Assembly: GCA_964016885.1 (NCBI GenBank) | Contig: OZ024761.1 | Coordinates: 682,001 to 746,000 of the forward strand | Source: Eledone cirrhosa | Taxonomy: Eukaryota | Direction of reading: 5' to 3' | Length of the DNA stretch: 64,000 nucleotides | In this document: in pieces, positions 1-12,179 of the stretch | Numbering within the stretch: position 1 is the stretch's first letter | Layout of the letters: each line of letters begins with the position of its first letter | Notes under the pieces: generated by a model | The model's input: only the letters and a program-made list of their open reading frames with translations | Database searches by the model: none | What the model was told of the DNA's origin: nothing | Program-made: the position numbers and the translations under genes

Positions 1-563
1 AGGAAGGCAACAAGTAGAAGTAACGATTAATTCGAGTAATGCCTCATATATATATAGATGCCTGGAATGTGACAATCTCGATACCTGAGACCTTAATAGA
101 AATATGACCAATGGTTAACATACGTGTGTGTATGTATATATATATAAATATATACAGCCCCCCCCCCCACACACACACACATATATATATGGATATATAT
201 ATATGTGTGTGTGCGGGTGTGTATAGTGATATGGTCTGATTATATAACCAAACAAGGACGTTTTGTTCAAATGTAGTTCACATGTACACTCACACACACA
301 CACACATATACACTCACACACACATACACACAGACATGCTTTATATATATATATATATGTATATATATATGTATATATATATATGTATATATATATGTAT
401 ATATGTATATATATATACAATTAAGTTAAAAATGTACATCCACATATGTATACTGAAATACTAGTATGCATATGAATACACACACGTATACATTAATTTT
501 CATAGAAAAGGCATATAACGATATGTGCTTTTACGATTCTCTAGAGAGGCCGGAAGATAGGTA

Positions 564-608
564 AATATTGCTGATGAGATGTAACAACATCGAAACTAGT
601 TCAATATT
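564..608 (+). ncRNA. Minimal type I hammerhead ribozyme motif (family A, copy 1)
   Basis: Stem I AAUAUUG(564-570)/CAAUAUU(602-608); core CUGAUGA(571-577); stem II GAUGU-AACA-ACAUC; GAAA(592-595); palindromic mini-stem III ACUAGU; predicted cut after GUU between 601 and 602. Folded by eye. Confidence 0.85.
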
Positions 609-1029
609 CCTTGTCTGGCTTTCTGGAGAATAGAGGAAAGGTGTTTCCTCAAAAACCAGTATGACTCTAAAAACCGGTTTGTCTGTGTGTTTACATACAG
701 AATAGCTGGACACTCACAGTAAAGTGACCAGTGAAAAACTCGGTACATCTACATATGTATACGTGTGTGTATTCATATGCATACTAGTATTTCAGTATAC
801 ATATGTGGATGTACATTTTTAACTTAATTGTTTAAGCGTCAGTCATACAAAAGTGAGTTACAAACGAAACGAAATTTAATTTCGTTTCGTTATTTGTTTT
901 TATCGTCTCCGTTGAACCGGTACGTACTCACGCTCTATGCAAATTAGTCTGCCCACTACTAATTTTCATAGAAAAGGCATATAACGATATGTGCTTTTAC
1001 GATTCTCTAGAGAGGCCGGAAGATAGGTA

Positions 1030-1074
1030 AATATTGCTGATGAGATGTAACAACATCGAAACTAGTTCAATATT
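1030..1074 (+). ncRNA. Minimal type I hammerhead ribozyme motif (family A, copy 2)
   Basis: Identical to 564-608, shifted by 466 nt; predicted cut 1067/1068. Confidence 0.85.
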
Positions 1075-1399
1075 CCTTGTCTGGCTTTCTGGAGAATAGA
1101 GGAAAGGTGTTTCCTCAAAAACCAGTATGACTCTAAAAACCGGTTTGTCTGTGTGTTTACATACAGAATAGCTGGACACTCACAGTAAAGTGACCAGTGA
1201 AAAACTCGGTACATCTACATATGTATACGTGTGTGTATTCATATGCATACTAGTATTTCAGTATACATATGTGGATGTACATTTTTAACTTAATTGCTTA
1301 AGCGTCAGTCATACAAAAGTGAGTTACAAACGAAACGAAATTTAATTTCGTTTCGTTATTTGTTTTTATATATATATATTTGTATATATATATATATGT

Positions 1400-1431
<32 letters not shown>

Positions 1432-1472
1432 GTATATATATATGTATATATATATATGTATATATATATATG

Positions 1473-1504
<32 letters not shown>

Positions 1505-1548
1505 TGTATATATATATGTATATATATGTATATATATATATATATTTG

Positions 1549-1580
<32 letters not shown>

Positions 1581-1764
1581 GTTAGGGAAGCAGAAAACTG
1601 CTTATATATATATATATATCATCATCATCACCATATATATATATATGTGTGTGTGTACATGTACACATACACCCACATACATACATACACATATATATAT
1701 ACACACACTCACACCCACCCACACACACATACACCCACACATACACATATATATTATATGTGTG

Positions 1765-1797
<33 letters not shown>

Positions 1798-1799
1798 CA

Positions 1800-1976
1800 A
1801 AGGAATTGTGGTAAGGAACCAGATGGACCATAAGGCACCAGAGTACTCAATACTTAGGGTAGTAGTGTGGGAAATAGGAAAAAGTATGACCCCCGACGGC
1901 TGTTTCTGGACAGAAATGAGTCCAGAAATAGCCGTTGAAACTGCTTGAGCTCTGCCGTCGTGGTCATACTTTTTCC

Positions 1977-1980
<4 letters not shown>
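1800..1980. repeat. Dispersed repeat fragment with nested inverted repeats, between TA tracts
   Basis: taggaaaaagtatgacc..cgacggc pairs with gccgtcgtggtcatactttttccta. Inner arms cggctgtttctggac/gtccagaaatagccg. The 5' part recurs at about 53373-53440. Confidence 0.55.
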
Positions 1981-2022
<42 letters not shown>

Positions 2023-2029
2023 CACACAT

Positions 2030-2238
2030 ATATATATTGAGGAAGGTAATCATTCAGAAGGTATCCAGTCATAAATGCAGAAACACCTACATTTTATGAA
2101 ACATGACTACCATCCTGGATATTAAATTTAGCGAGATCGTATTTCGGCGGTAGTCAACACAATATCTATTCAGGAAGGTAATCATGCTTTCTAAAATGAA
2201 AATATAGAATCTTATTGAATTGTTGGCAAACACATACA

Positions 2239-2275
<37 letters not shown>

Positions 2276-2281
2276 CTATAT

Positions 2282-2318
<37 letters not shown>

Positions 2319-2394
2319 TGTATGTGTGTGTGTTTGCCAACAATTCAATAAGATTTTATCTTTTCATTTTACAAAGGATGATTACCTTTTGTGG

Positions 2395-2478
<84 letters not shown>

Positions 2479-2650
2479 ATGTATGTGTGATCATATAATA
2501 CACAACCAAACAAGGATGTTTTATTTACATGTAGTTCTGTTTTTAATGACTATCAATCTGTTACTTGTGTTTCACAGATGATTGGCTCAAGGTCTGCTTT
2601 GGAAGCTATGGACCTAATACACACAAACATATATTCAGGAAGGTAATAAT
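2030..2650. repeat. Palindromic dispersed repeat with (CA)n/(TG)n centre
   Basis: Arms ...atcttattgaattgttggcaaac(CA)n / (TG)n gtttgccaacaattcaataagat. Near-identical block at about 16290-16870 and a fragment at about 225-285. Confidence 0.7.
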
Positions 2651-2669
2651 TCAGAAGGTAACCAATCGA

Positions 2670-2990
2670 AGTCTAGAAAACTGAAGCCTTAGTTGATGCA
2701 CTATTCAAAGACACGTGCAAAAAAGCACAGTTGTTATTACAGAGGGCTGCTGAAACAATTGGACTTCACATAAATGAGAAGACAGAATATATTGCATACA
2801 ATTAGAAAGCGGGTGATATTATGCCACAACATGGAAGTTACACAAAAAGAGTTGAGGATTTTAGGTATCTTGATTTGTGGATCAACACCTCAAAAAAAGA
2901 CATGATCACTGGAATTAGCTTAGCCTGGACAGTTGGAAACACATGGATGTTATTTGGAAATCAAACGAAAGGTTAAGTTCTTTCGATGAA
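2670..2990 (+). mobile_element. Decayed LINE reverse transcriptase fragment
   Basis: Translates to ...AAETIGLHINEKTEYIAY... and ...VEDFRYL..., typical of the non-LTR RT segment after the catalytic motif; contains stops. Confidence 0.55.
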
Positions 2991-3219
2991 CAGTTGAAAG
3001 TATACTTGTTTATGGGTGTTAGCCTCATGCTACATTTCTGGAGAGGGTTTGTAAAGACATGATTGTTAGAAACAACGAACTCGCCTAAGCCATGCTGAAG
3101 AGGGAGAAGAAGGATGGGCTCCACCAAGCTTTAAATGCCTAAAAAACGCTGTATGTCAATACCGTACCTCTACAAGAGTTACGGGACAAAGGAAGAAGAA
3201 GAAAATAATATTTATATGA

Positions 3220-4169
3220 CACAACAGTCCACAGTGTAAGGTGGCCATGTAGGAGACACTGTAAATATGGTTGGTGTTAGGAAGGACATCCAGCTGTAAA
3301 AAAAAAACCTGCCAGAGACGCTTCCAACAAGACATGGTCTCCCGACCATTCCCACATCAAATGGAACAAAACCGTCTAACCCATGCTAGCGTGGAAATCG
3401 GACGTTAAACGATGATGATGATGATGGTGAATATGGATGGAGATCTTTGGCGCCATGCAGTTGTACAGAAGACTCGACTGCTATTGCATACAAACCTACA
3501 GTCAGTTGGCACCTCTTAACCCAATGTACACCCCACCCCACACACCCTAGCCCGTCCTCCCTTTCCCATTCCGTCCACTGTGTCAATGACACAACAGTCC
3601 ACACTATAAGGTAGCCGTGTAGGAGACACGGTGAAAAAGCTCCCAGTCCATACTGCAAATGTGGTTGGTGTTAGGAAGCGCATCCAGCTGTAAAATATGC
3701 CAGAGACACTTCCGTACGAACGAGACATGGTCTCCCTACCATTCCCACATCAAATGGAACAAAACCGTCAGACCCATGCTAGCGTGGAAGATGGACGTTA
3801 AACAATGACGATGATGATGATGATGGTGATGATGATGAATATGTTTCATTTGATATTTAATATATTATTATATCATCTCTACCACCACCACGCCCCCATC
3901 GCCCCCTGGACTTTCTCAATGCCCTCTGGGGTGGGGACAGTAGCACCCATTTTGAGAACCTCTGGTTAAGATGTTTGGACGTCTGGATATCATAAAAGAA
4001 TTTCTTTCACCACACAAATTGTGAACGAAAAACTGGGCGGAGGTGGTGAGAACAGACCTCACATCGCTGAAGCTCACGGAGGAGATGACAGAGGGCCGTG
4101 ATGAATGGAGAGATGCCGTGCTTAATAAGACCCGTCCCACCCTTGCAAGCAGGGAATAGTGGACGTAAA

Positions 4170-4215
<46 letters not shown>
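3220..4215 (+). mobile_element. Cluster of RTE-LINE 3' ends / SINE tails
   Basis: Recurrent tail ttaggaag..catccagctgta...cccatgctagcgtggaa..ggacgttaaac(GAT)n. 3440-3830 matches the 3' UTR of the LINE at 53465-53900. 4030-4215 translates as WAEVVRTDL..KLTEEMT..R.EWRDAV followed by (GAT)n. Confidence 0.75.
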
Positions 4216-4217
<2 letters not shown>

Positions 4218-4481
4218 AAAGAGTGTAACACGTGAAAAATAAAGTTTCGTCAGCTACTGACTTTTGTCAATATTTTCAGCGCAAAATCCTCCTAAGCAAT
4301 GAAAAATATATTTAAGAAAATCAATACATGTATGTGTGTAACGCTGTGTCATGTCTGAGAGAGAGAGAGGGGGGTGGGATAAAGAAGAGTCATGGAAAGG
4401 AGAGGGATGACAACGAAGATGGAAAAGGGAAAGACAGATAGGTTGATTAAAATATATATATATATATATACATATATATAC

Positions 4482-4552
<71 letters not shown>

Positions 4553-4904
4553 TATATATAAAACTGATGTTGTCTGTGTGTCCACATTTCTACTCCGATT
4601 GACTTCAAACTTGCATTTATATATTCCTTGCGGTCTAAAAATATTAACTGCAGCTTTTATTTTTCAATTTTCTTTTGTTAAAGGGGTGTTAGGCACCGGT
4701 TATCGATCTCCGTCGCGCTCTTATAATATCTGTCTGTATGTCTGTATGTCTACATTATGGCATTATGACAAACATTGATGACGTATTATGTTCGCTATTT
4801 TCCGTTCATTGCCAGGGAACGTCTTCACGAACCAAAGTGTCGTCTTCCTGTTTTCCTTCGGTTGCAACATTTTTCGAAATATTTACTTCTGCATGCACAG
4901 ACAC

Positions 4905-5560
4905 TCTGTCACGTCCTCTGGTAAGGATATAATCTATCTGACTGGCGTGTTCCCCTGATCTATAGTTGATCAAGTGATTGTCTCCTTTTTTGAAGTTTGT
5001 GTTACAGATGGTTAGGTTATTAGCGTCACAGAATTCCAGGATTCTAAAGCCTTCCTCATTTCTAGTATTAAACCCATAGCCTTCATGGATTCCATCATAG
5101 CCGTCACAATATTGTCCAACATGACCATTTAGGTCGCCAGCAATAATTATGTAGTCACTGACAGTTATTTGGGAGGTAGTGAGCATTAGCGACTCATAGA
5201 ATCTGTCTTTTATAACGCCAGGCATTCCAGATTGGGGTGCATAAGCAGATATTATTGTCACAGTAGTTCTATTTAGGACAAGTCTTATTTTAATTAGTCT
5301 GTCGTTCACTCTATTTACGTCTATTACCTTATCTACCCATTTTTCTGCTAATATAATTCCTACTCCACCCAGCCCATTGTCATTTCCCACCCAGAAAAGT
5401 TTATAGCATCGTTTTTTACCCACAATGAATCTAGCAGACCCACCCCTCCACCTGGTCTTTTGAACACAGAAAACATCGACTTCCTTACGTTCAAGCATCT
5501 CTACAACCTCATTAGAGTGACCTTTTAAAGTACCTACATTCATGGTACCAACTCTGAAGT
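4905..5560 (-). mobile_element. RTE-type LINE, apurinic (APE) endonuclease fragment
   Basis: ORF 4806-5723 has GTMNVGTL, GGVGIIL, ISAYAPQ, IIAGDLNGHVG, SQIDYIL. The last ~30 codons come from an unrelated repeat (4770-4905 matches about 10318-10430). Confidence 0.9.
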
Positions 5561-6352
5561 TTTGGATTGCGTTTGGTGGGTGAGAAGGATGGGTTGGAGG
5601 CACAGGGAGGGGTGAGGGAGATGGGGTTATGTTAGTCATCCGCAGCCGAAATAAAGAGGAGGAGTCCTTGCATTCTCGTCCGGCAACAAGAGGTGAATTT
5701 ATCTTTATATTTGACATTGTCATTGAGTGTCCAGATTTTTCAGACTCTCCAGAATTCTATAGTCCATCTAGCATATAGAAAAGCAACTAGGTCTAAACTT
5801 AAGGAGTGATAGCCAAGGTGCTGGTTTTGTGAAAGAGATTGGTAAGAGAAACATATTATAAGCCGCTGAATTATGACTGGGCCAAATAATAATGGTGGCG
5901 AGTGGGGGCGGGGAGAGGGGTATGTGGAAGTTAACTAGAAGGTTATTTTTATAATATACTCCTGCAAATTCAACCATAATTAAACAAACATATAACAGTA
6001 ATCAGAGTTTAAACACGAGAAGATTGTTTTGAGAGTCTGACAGAATTATGGGAGTTTAAAATACAAGAAGATTGTTGTGAAGGTCTGACAGAATTATCGA
6101 ATTACATTGGAAAGATTGTATTCTAAGTTAAATGGGGGATATAATACTAATAGGTAGATGGACCAGGAAACATTGGAGGGGCATGAAAAATAGGGTGAAA
6201 TACATTACATTTCTCAAAAGCAAGCATTCGGCCAAGATAAGTGATTGACACATACTTACACACACACATATCATCATAATTTTACGTCCACTTTTCCCTG
6301 CTTATATACGATATACTAACAAATGGAAATTATATTTATATAAAACCATATT

Positions 6353-6417
6353 TATTTCATTATTCATATTTCAAGGACACCAAGTTAAATTATGGTGTGC
6401 TTTCATCAGATAAAATA
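6353..6417 (-). ncRNA. Type I hammerhead ribozyme motif (family B, copy 1)
   Basis: Minus strand UAUUUUAU-CUGAUGA-AAGCACACCA(loop)UGGUGUCCUU-GAAA-U AUGA AUA/AUGAAAUA; 8-bp stem I, 9/10-bp stem II. Confidence 0.7.
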
Positions 6418-7240
6418 TAATATAGATCAGTTTTATAAATAAATATTGACATACCCTTAAAGAATGCGACCATTTCTGTTGGAAGCTCCCGGATAGTGAG
6501 GTTATTAAATTTATTTATTCTATTATGCAAATTAGTGTCGGATATGTTTAAATCACAGTAGATTTAAAATAAGCCGTTGGGGTATGGAGAAAGGGAAAGA
6601 AAAGAAAGAGAAAAATGAGAAAAAAGAGCAAACTCTAAGAGGAAAATAAGAAAACAAGAAAAAGAGAAAGAGAAAGAGAAGAAAAAAGAAAAAGAGAAAG
6701 AGAAGAAAAAAGAAAAGAGAAAAGAGAAAGAGAAAGAGAAAGAGAAAGAGAAGGAGAAAGCCCTAAGTGATAGGTTGTTGTATTAGCGTAACTTTTAAGA
6801 TGAAGTGAAAAAATAAATATTTATTGGATGAGTAAGGAAGAGTAAATAAGCGTGAATAGAAAATAAATAATAATAACTGGAGAATTTTAACCAGTGTTTA
6901 AATATGATTAAATGTTTAGTTTATCAATTAAATTATCAATTAAATTATTGAGATCTATACATTAAAATTGAGATCTATATATTATTAAAAGAATATATTC
7001 ATATATATATACATACGCACACATATATATATACATATAAATATATATACCTACACATACATACATATACATAAAATACAATAAAGGACTTTTTATGTTT
7101 AAGATATAGGAATTTTTCTAAACTTATAGACTTTTTGGAGAAAACGGAGAAAAATTCGGAGAAAATCATTTCTATGTAATCGCAAAACAGCGTGAAGGAA
7201 ATTAAGTTATTTACTTATATTAAATGTTATAAATGTTAAG

Positions 7241-7318
<78 letters not shown>

Positions 7319-7347
7319 TATATATATATATATATATATAATATATT

Positions 7348-7438
<91 letters not shown>

Positions 7439-7479
7439 GATATATTAACAAATGGAAACTATATTTATAAAACCATATT

Positions 7480-7544
7480 TATTTCATTATACATATTTCA
7501 AGGACACCAAGTTAAATTATGGTGTGCTTTCATCAGATAAAATA
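7480..7544 (-). ncRNA. Type I hammerhead ribozyme motif (family B, copy 2)
   Basis: As copy 1, with self-complementary stem III segment AUAUGUAU; predicted cut after AUA between 7488 and 7487. Confidence 0.75.
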
Positions 7545-8368
7545 TAATATAGATCAGTTTTATAAATAAATATTGACATACCCTTAAAGAATGCGACCAT
7601 TTCTGTTGGAAGCTCCCGGATAGTGAGGTTATTAAATTTATTTATTCTATTATGCAAATTAGTGTCGGATATGTTTAAATCACAGTAGATTTAAAATAAG
7701 CCGTTGGGGTATGGAGAAAGGAAAAGAAAAGAAAGAGAAAAATGAGAAAAAAGAGCAAACTCTAAGAGGAAAATAAGAAAACAAGAAAAAGAGAAAGAGA
7801 AAGAGAAGAAAAAAGAAAAAGAGAAAGAGAAGAAAAAAGAAAAGAGAAAAAGAGAAAGAGAAAGAGAAAGAGAAAGAGAAGGAGAAAGCCCTAAGTGATA
7901 GGTTGTTGTATTAGCGTAACTTTTAAGATGAAGTGAAAAAATAAATATTTATTGGATGAGTAAGGAAGAGTAAATAAGCGTGAATAGAAAATAAATAATA
8001 ATAACTGGAGAATTTTAACCAGTGTTTAAATATGATTAAATGTTTAGTTTATCAATTAAATTATCAATTAAATTATTGAGATCTATACATTAAAATTGAG
8101 ATCTATATATTATTAAAAGAATATATTCATATATATATACATACGCACACATATATATATACATATAAATATATATACCTACACATACATACATATACAT
8201 AAAATACAATAAAGGACTTTTTATGTTTAAGATATAGGAATTTTTCTAAACTTATAGACTTTTTGGAGAAAACGGAGAAAAATTCGGAGAAAATCATTTC
8301 TATGTAATCGCAAAACAGCGTGAAGGAAATTAAGTTATTTACTTATATTAAATGTTATAAATGTTAAG

Positions 8369-8458
<90 letters not shown>

Positions 8459-8459
8459 T

Positions 8460-8518
<59 letters not shown>

Positions 8519-8559
8519 GATATATTAACAAATGGAAACTATATTTATAAAACCATATT

Positions 8560-8624
8560 TATTTCATTATACATATTTCAAGGACACCAAGTTAAATTAT
8601 GGTGTGCTTTCATCAGATAAAATA
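8560..8624 (-). ncRNA. Type I hammerhead ribozyme motif (family B, copy 3)
   Basis: Identical to 7480-7544, offset 1080. Confidence 0.75.
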
Positions 8625-8704
8625 TAATATAGATCAGTTTTATAAATAAATATTGACATACCCTTAAAGAATGCGACCATTTCTGTTGGAAGCTCCCGGA
8701 TAGT

Positions 8705-10513
8705 CTATCCGGGAGCTTCCTGAGGCTTTCCCGTCTATTGACTAACGAGCATATTTTCAACGACCATTGCTCGGAGTGGATTTGTCGATAAGGTAGCATA
8801 TACAGAGTACGAAAATAGACCTAGAAGAAATAGATCCCGTCGCATATGTTGGTATAACCCACCATTTAATATGGAGGTGGCCACACCATTAGCTAAGATC
8901 TTTCTATCCCTTATTACGAAGCATTTTCCCCCTACACATAAATATAGTAAAATTTTTAATAGAAATACTATTAAAATTTCTTACTCTACGACTCCTAACC
9001 TTGCACATAACATCAGAGCTTCAAATTAACTAAACTACCTAGCCGTAGGAACACGTGCAACCCTGTAGTTAGTACTAACTGTAATTGTAGGAATCGGGTT
9101 GATTGCCTCCTATCCGGGAAATGCCTCTCTAGTCACATTGTCTACAAATGTAAGGTTGAAACACCCACGCCCCGTAGGGCCTACATAGGGTTAACCGCCA
9201 ATAGATTCATGCAGCGTCTTTACATGCATGCCCATTCTTTTCGTTACCCTCTAAGAAGGAATATGACGTCACTTTCAGCTTATATCTGGAGTTTAAAAGA
9301 CAACCACACCAAATATAAGTTACACTGGGAGATCCTAGCTAGGGCTAGATCGTATAACGGAAATAAAAGACCATGTGACCTCTGCGCCGCTGAGGCCTTG
9401 GAAATACTCTACGCCACAGACCACATCTTAAACAAAAAATCTGAGGCAATTTCGGCTTGTAAACATAAATTGCACAAAACTTTCCTGTATTACAGCCCCA
9501 CATTATACCCTAACGGATAGTACGATCTATACGTGGATATTTTACGTCTTGATGTGGTAGCTAAGTATATGTTATGTTTATACCATTACTTATTTGCGTA
9601 GGTAAGTATATATTACCTGTATGTTTTGTGAAGGTACGTATACTTTCTCGTACGTATATTTGATTGTATATGTTATGGCGTATAATTTTATATATTCTGG
9701 TACATATGGTTTGGTTATGTGTATACGGGAGTTTTGCGTCTGTATGAGTATGCGGGTTCGTACGTATGTAGGGTGTGTGTATATGTGTACTTCATGTTTT
9801 GGTTGACGTACGTCTCCGAACATTTATGTATTTACATGTAGGTATGTGTGTGCGCTTGTTATATACGTATTTATTTCTTTATATACGTTTATTTAATTAT
9901 TTATTTATTTGTATACACGCACGCACACACACACATATTTATATGTGCGTGGTTTTGTATACCTATGGCAAGTGTTTTCGCGTATGCTTGTGTATGTACA
10001 TATTTGCATGCGTGTATGTATTTATTTAATTTCTATTACCTCTGTATTGTATTTTATTTACTTTATTCTTAACTCTGAAGCGGAGATTCATTCGGTTTCC
10101 TAGTTAGAATTTTAGTCTACGACTTCATTTACGTGGTTTTGTCTTTGCGTGCAATTGTTCTCTACGCGCCACATATGACGTATTATCTTCGTTTTTTCCG
10201 TTAATTGCCAGAGAACGTCTCTATGAACCACCTAAGAGAACATTAGTCTACGACTTCTTTTATACCATAAACGTGGTTCTGTCTTTGCGTGTAATTGTTT
10301 TTCACCGCTCCTATTAATGACGTATTATATTCGTTTTTTCCCGTTCTTTGCCAGGGAACGTGTCCACGAACCAAAGTATCGTCTTCCTGTCTTCCTCCGA
10401 TTGCAACGTTTTTTTAAATATCCACTTCTGCGTTTACAGATTGACTTTGTTAGTTTCAGAAGATCCCGTTAAGGGTGAAAGCAGCGATTGTTTGCTTAAA
10501 CTTTAATCTGTTA

Positions 10514-10520
<7 letters not shown>
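8705..10520 (+). mobile_element. 5'-truncated Penelope-like retroelement (linker, C-terminal GIY-YIG endonuclease, 3' terminal region)
   Basis: Translates to WYNPPFNMEVATPLAKIFLSLITKHFPPTHKYSKIFNRNTIKISYS, then CNCRNRVDCLLSGKC..IVYKC..AYIGLT..F.QR..H..SF..TSLSAYIWSLK..WEILARA..CDLC..E. Ends at a (TA)n tract. Confidence 0.85.
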
Positions 10521-10560
<40 letters not shown>

Positions 10561-10639
10561 ATAATAATAAGACTAAAATCCGAAGAGGGCTCGATAAGGA
10601 TAAATATATATCACATATATAAGAATCGTAGAGCAAATA

Positions 10640-10766
10640 TTTATTAAAATAACAGATTAAAGTTTAAGCAAAGAATCGCTGCTTTCACCCTTAACGGGAT
10701 CTTAAGATCCCGTCAAGGGTGAAAGCACCGATTATTTGCTTAAACTTTAATCTGTTATTTTAATTA
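10640..10766. repeat. Near-perfect ~62-bp-arm palindrome with no loop, made of the PLE 3' terminal sequence
   Basis: ...tttcacccttaacgggatct|taagatcccgtcaagggtgaaa...; the same arm occurs in direct orientation at 10459-10520. Confidence 0.8.
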
Positions 10767-10772
10767 ATATAA

Positions 10773-10862
<90 letters not shown>

Positions 10863-10898
10863 TAGAATTGGACCTCTGAAATAGCAATATATATATGG

Positions 10899-11403
<505 letters not shown>

Positions 11404-11926
11404 TAAACGGAATACAAAATGCTGACAAATTGTTCACAGTGAAAAATAGTTTAATTAGGATTAAGTGAGAATTAGTATGTATTGGTTAGTATTCAGTTTT
11501 GGTTTTAAGTTTTACCGGTTGCGCATTTCTAATGCTTTTCAAAAATAATTTTAAGATAGAGCGTCCGTGATGTTTGCTCTGATATATATATATATACATG
11601 GTGGCTGCCAAGTCGTTTTCGAGTACGGCCACTACTTTATATCCATGTAGGAGAACCCCTACCGATGCGCTGAACAATTGTGACTTTTTAGTCCAGCCAG
11701 CGACTTGAAAACTCTGGTACAAACACTACACTTGTGACAATTACTGACACATAGTGCTGGGCCCATGGTACCATGTGACGACAAGTGCAGAGAGATCTCC
11801 AGATATAAAGCAATGCCTGTGCCGTGAAGCTTTTATAGTGAGCAAAGACACTGCACAAAGCCAGTCCCACTCTCATAACCAAGATGATATTTACCAAAAA
11901 GAAGAACATATATATACATACATATA

Positions 11927-11966
<40 letters not shown>

Positions 11967-12179
11967 CATACATACATATATACATACATGATGGCTGCTC
12001 CCTCGTTATCGAGTATGGCCATTGCACGAGAAAAAAAACCCATAATAATAACAATAATAATAGTAATAACAACAATAATAAAAACGACAACAACAACAAT
12101 AATAATAATATACATATATATACCCACACACGCACACACATAAACATATCTATACACACACACACGCACACGATAGCAA

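Larger units (their letters stand above)
417..1368 (+). mobile_element. Non-coding hammerhead-bearing tandem element (retrozyme-like / non-autonomous Penelope-associated), about 1.9 copies of a 466-bp unit plus a 5' inverted partial copy
   Basis: 494-902 is repeated almost identically at 960-1368 (offset 466). 417-493 is the reverse complement of 755-831. Both ends abut (TA)n-type microsatellite. Each unit carries a hammerhead motif. No credible ORF. Confidence 0.8.
6305..8703 (-). mobile_element. Tandem array (~2.2 units of 1080-1127 bp) of a non-coding hammerhead-bearing element (family B); each unit includes a (TA)n tract
   Basis: 6305-7240 and 7438-8371 are near-identical; a third partial copy is at 8518-8703; a dispersed homologue is at about 60120-60265 (+). 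Confidence 0.75.

Noticed and set aside
531-1179. Two identical 60-aa minus-strand ORFs
   Set aside because: By-product of the 466-bp duplication; no recognisable domain; antisense to the hammerhead motif.
115-2581. Numerous YI/CV/HT-rich ORFs here and throughout the window
   Set aside because: Translations of (TA)n, (CA)n and (TG)n microsatellites.
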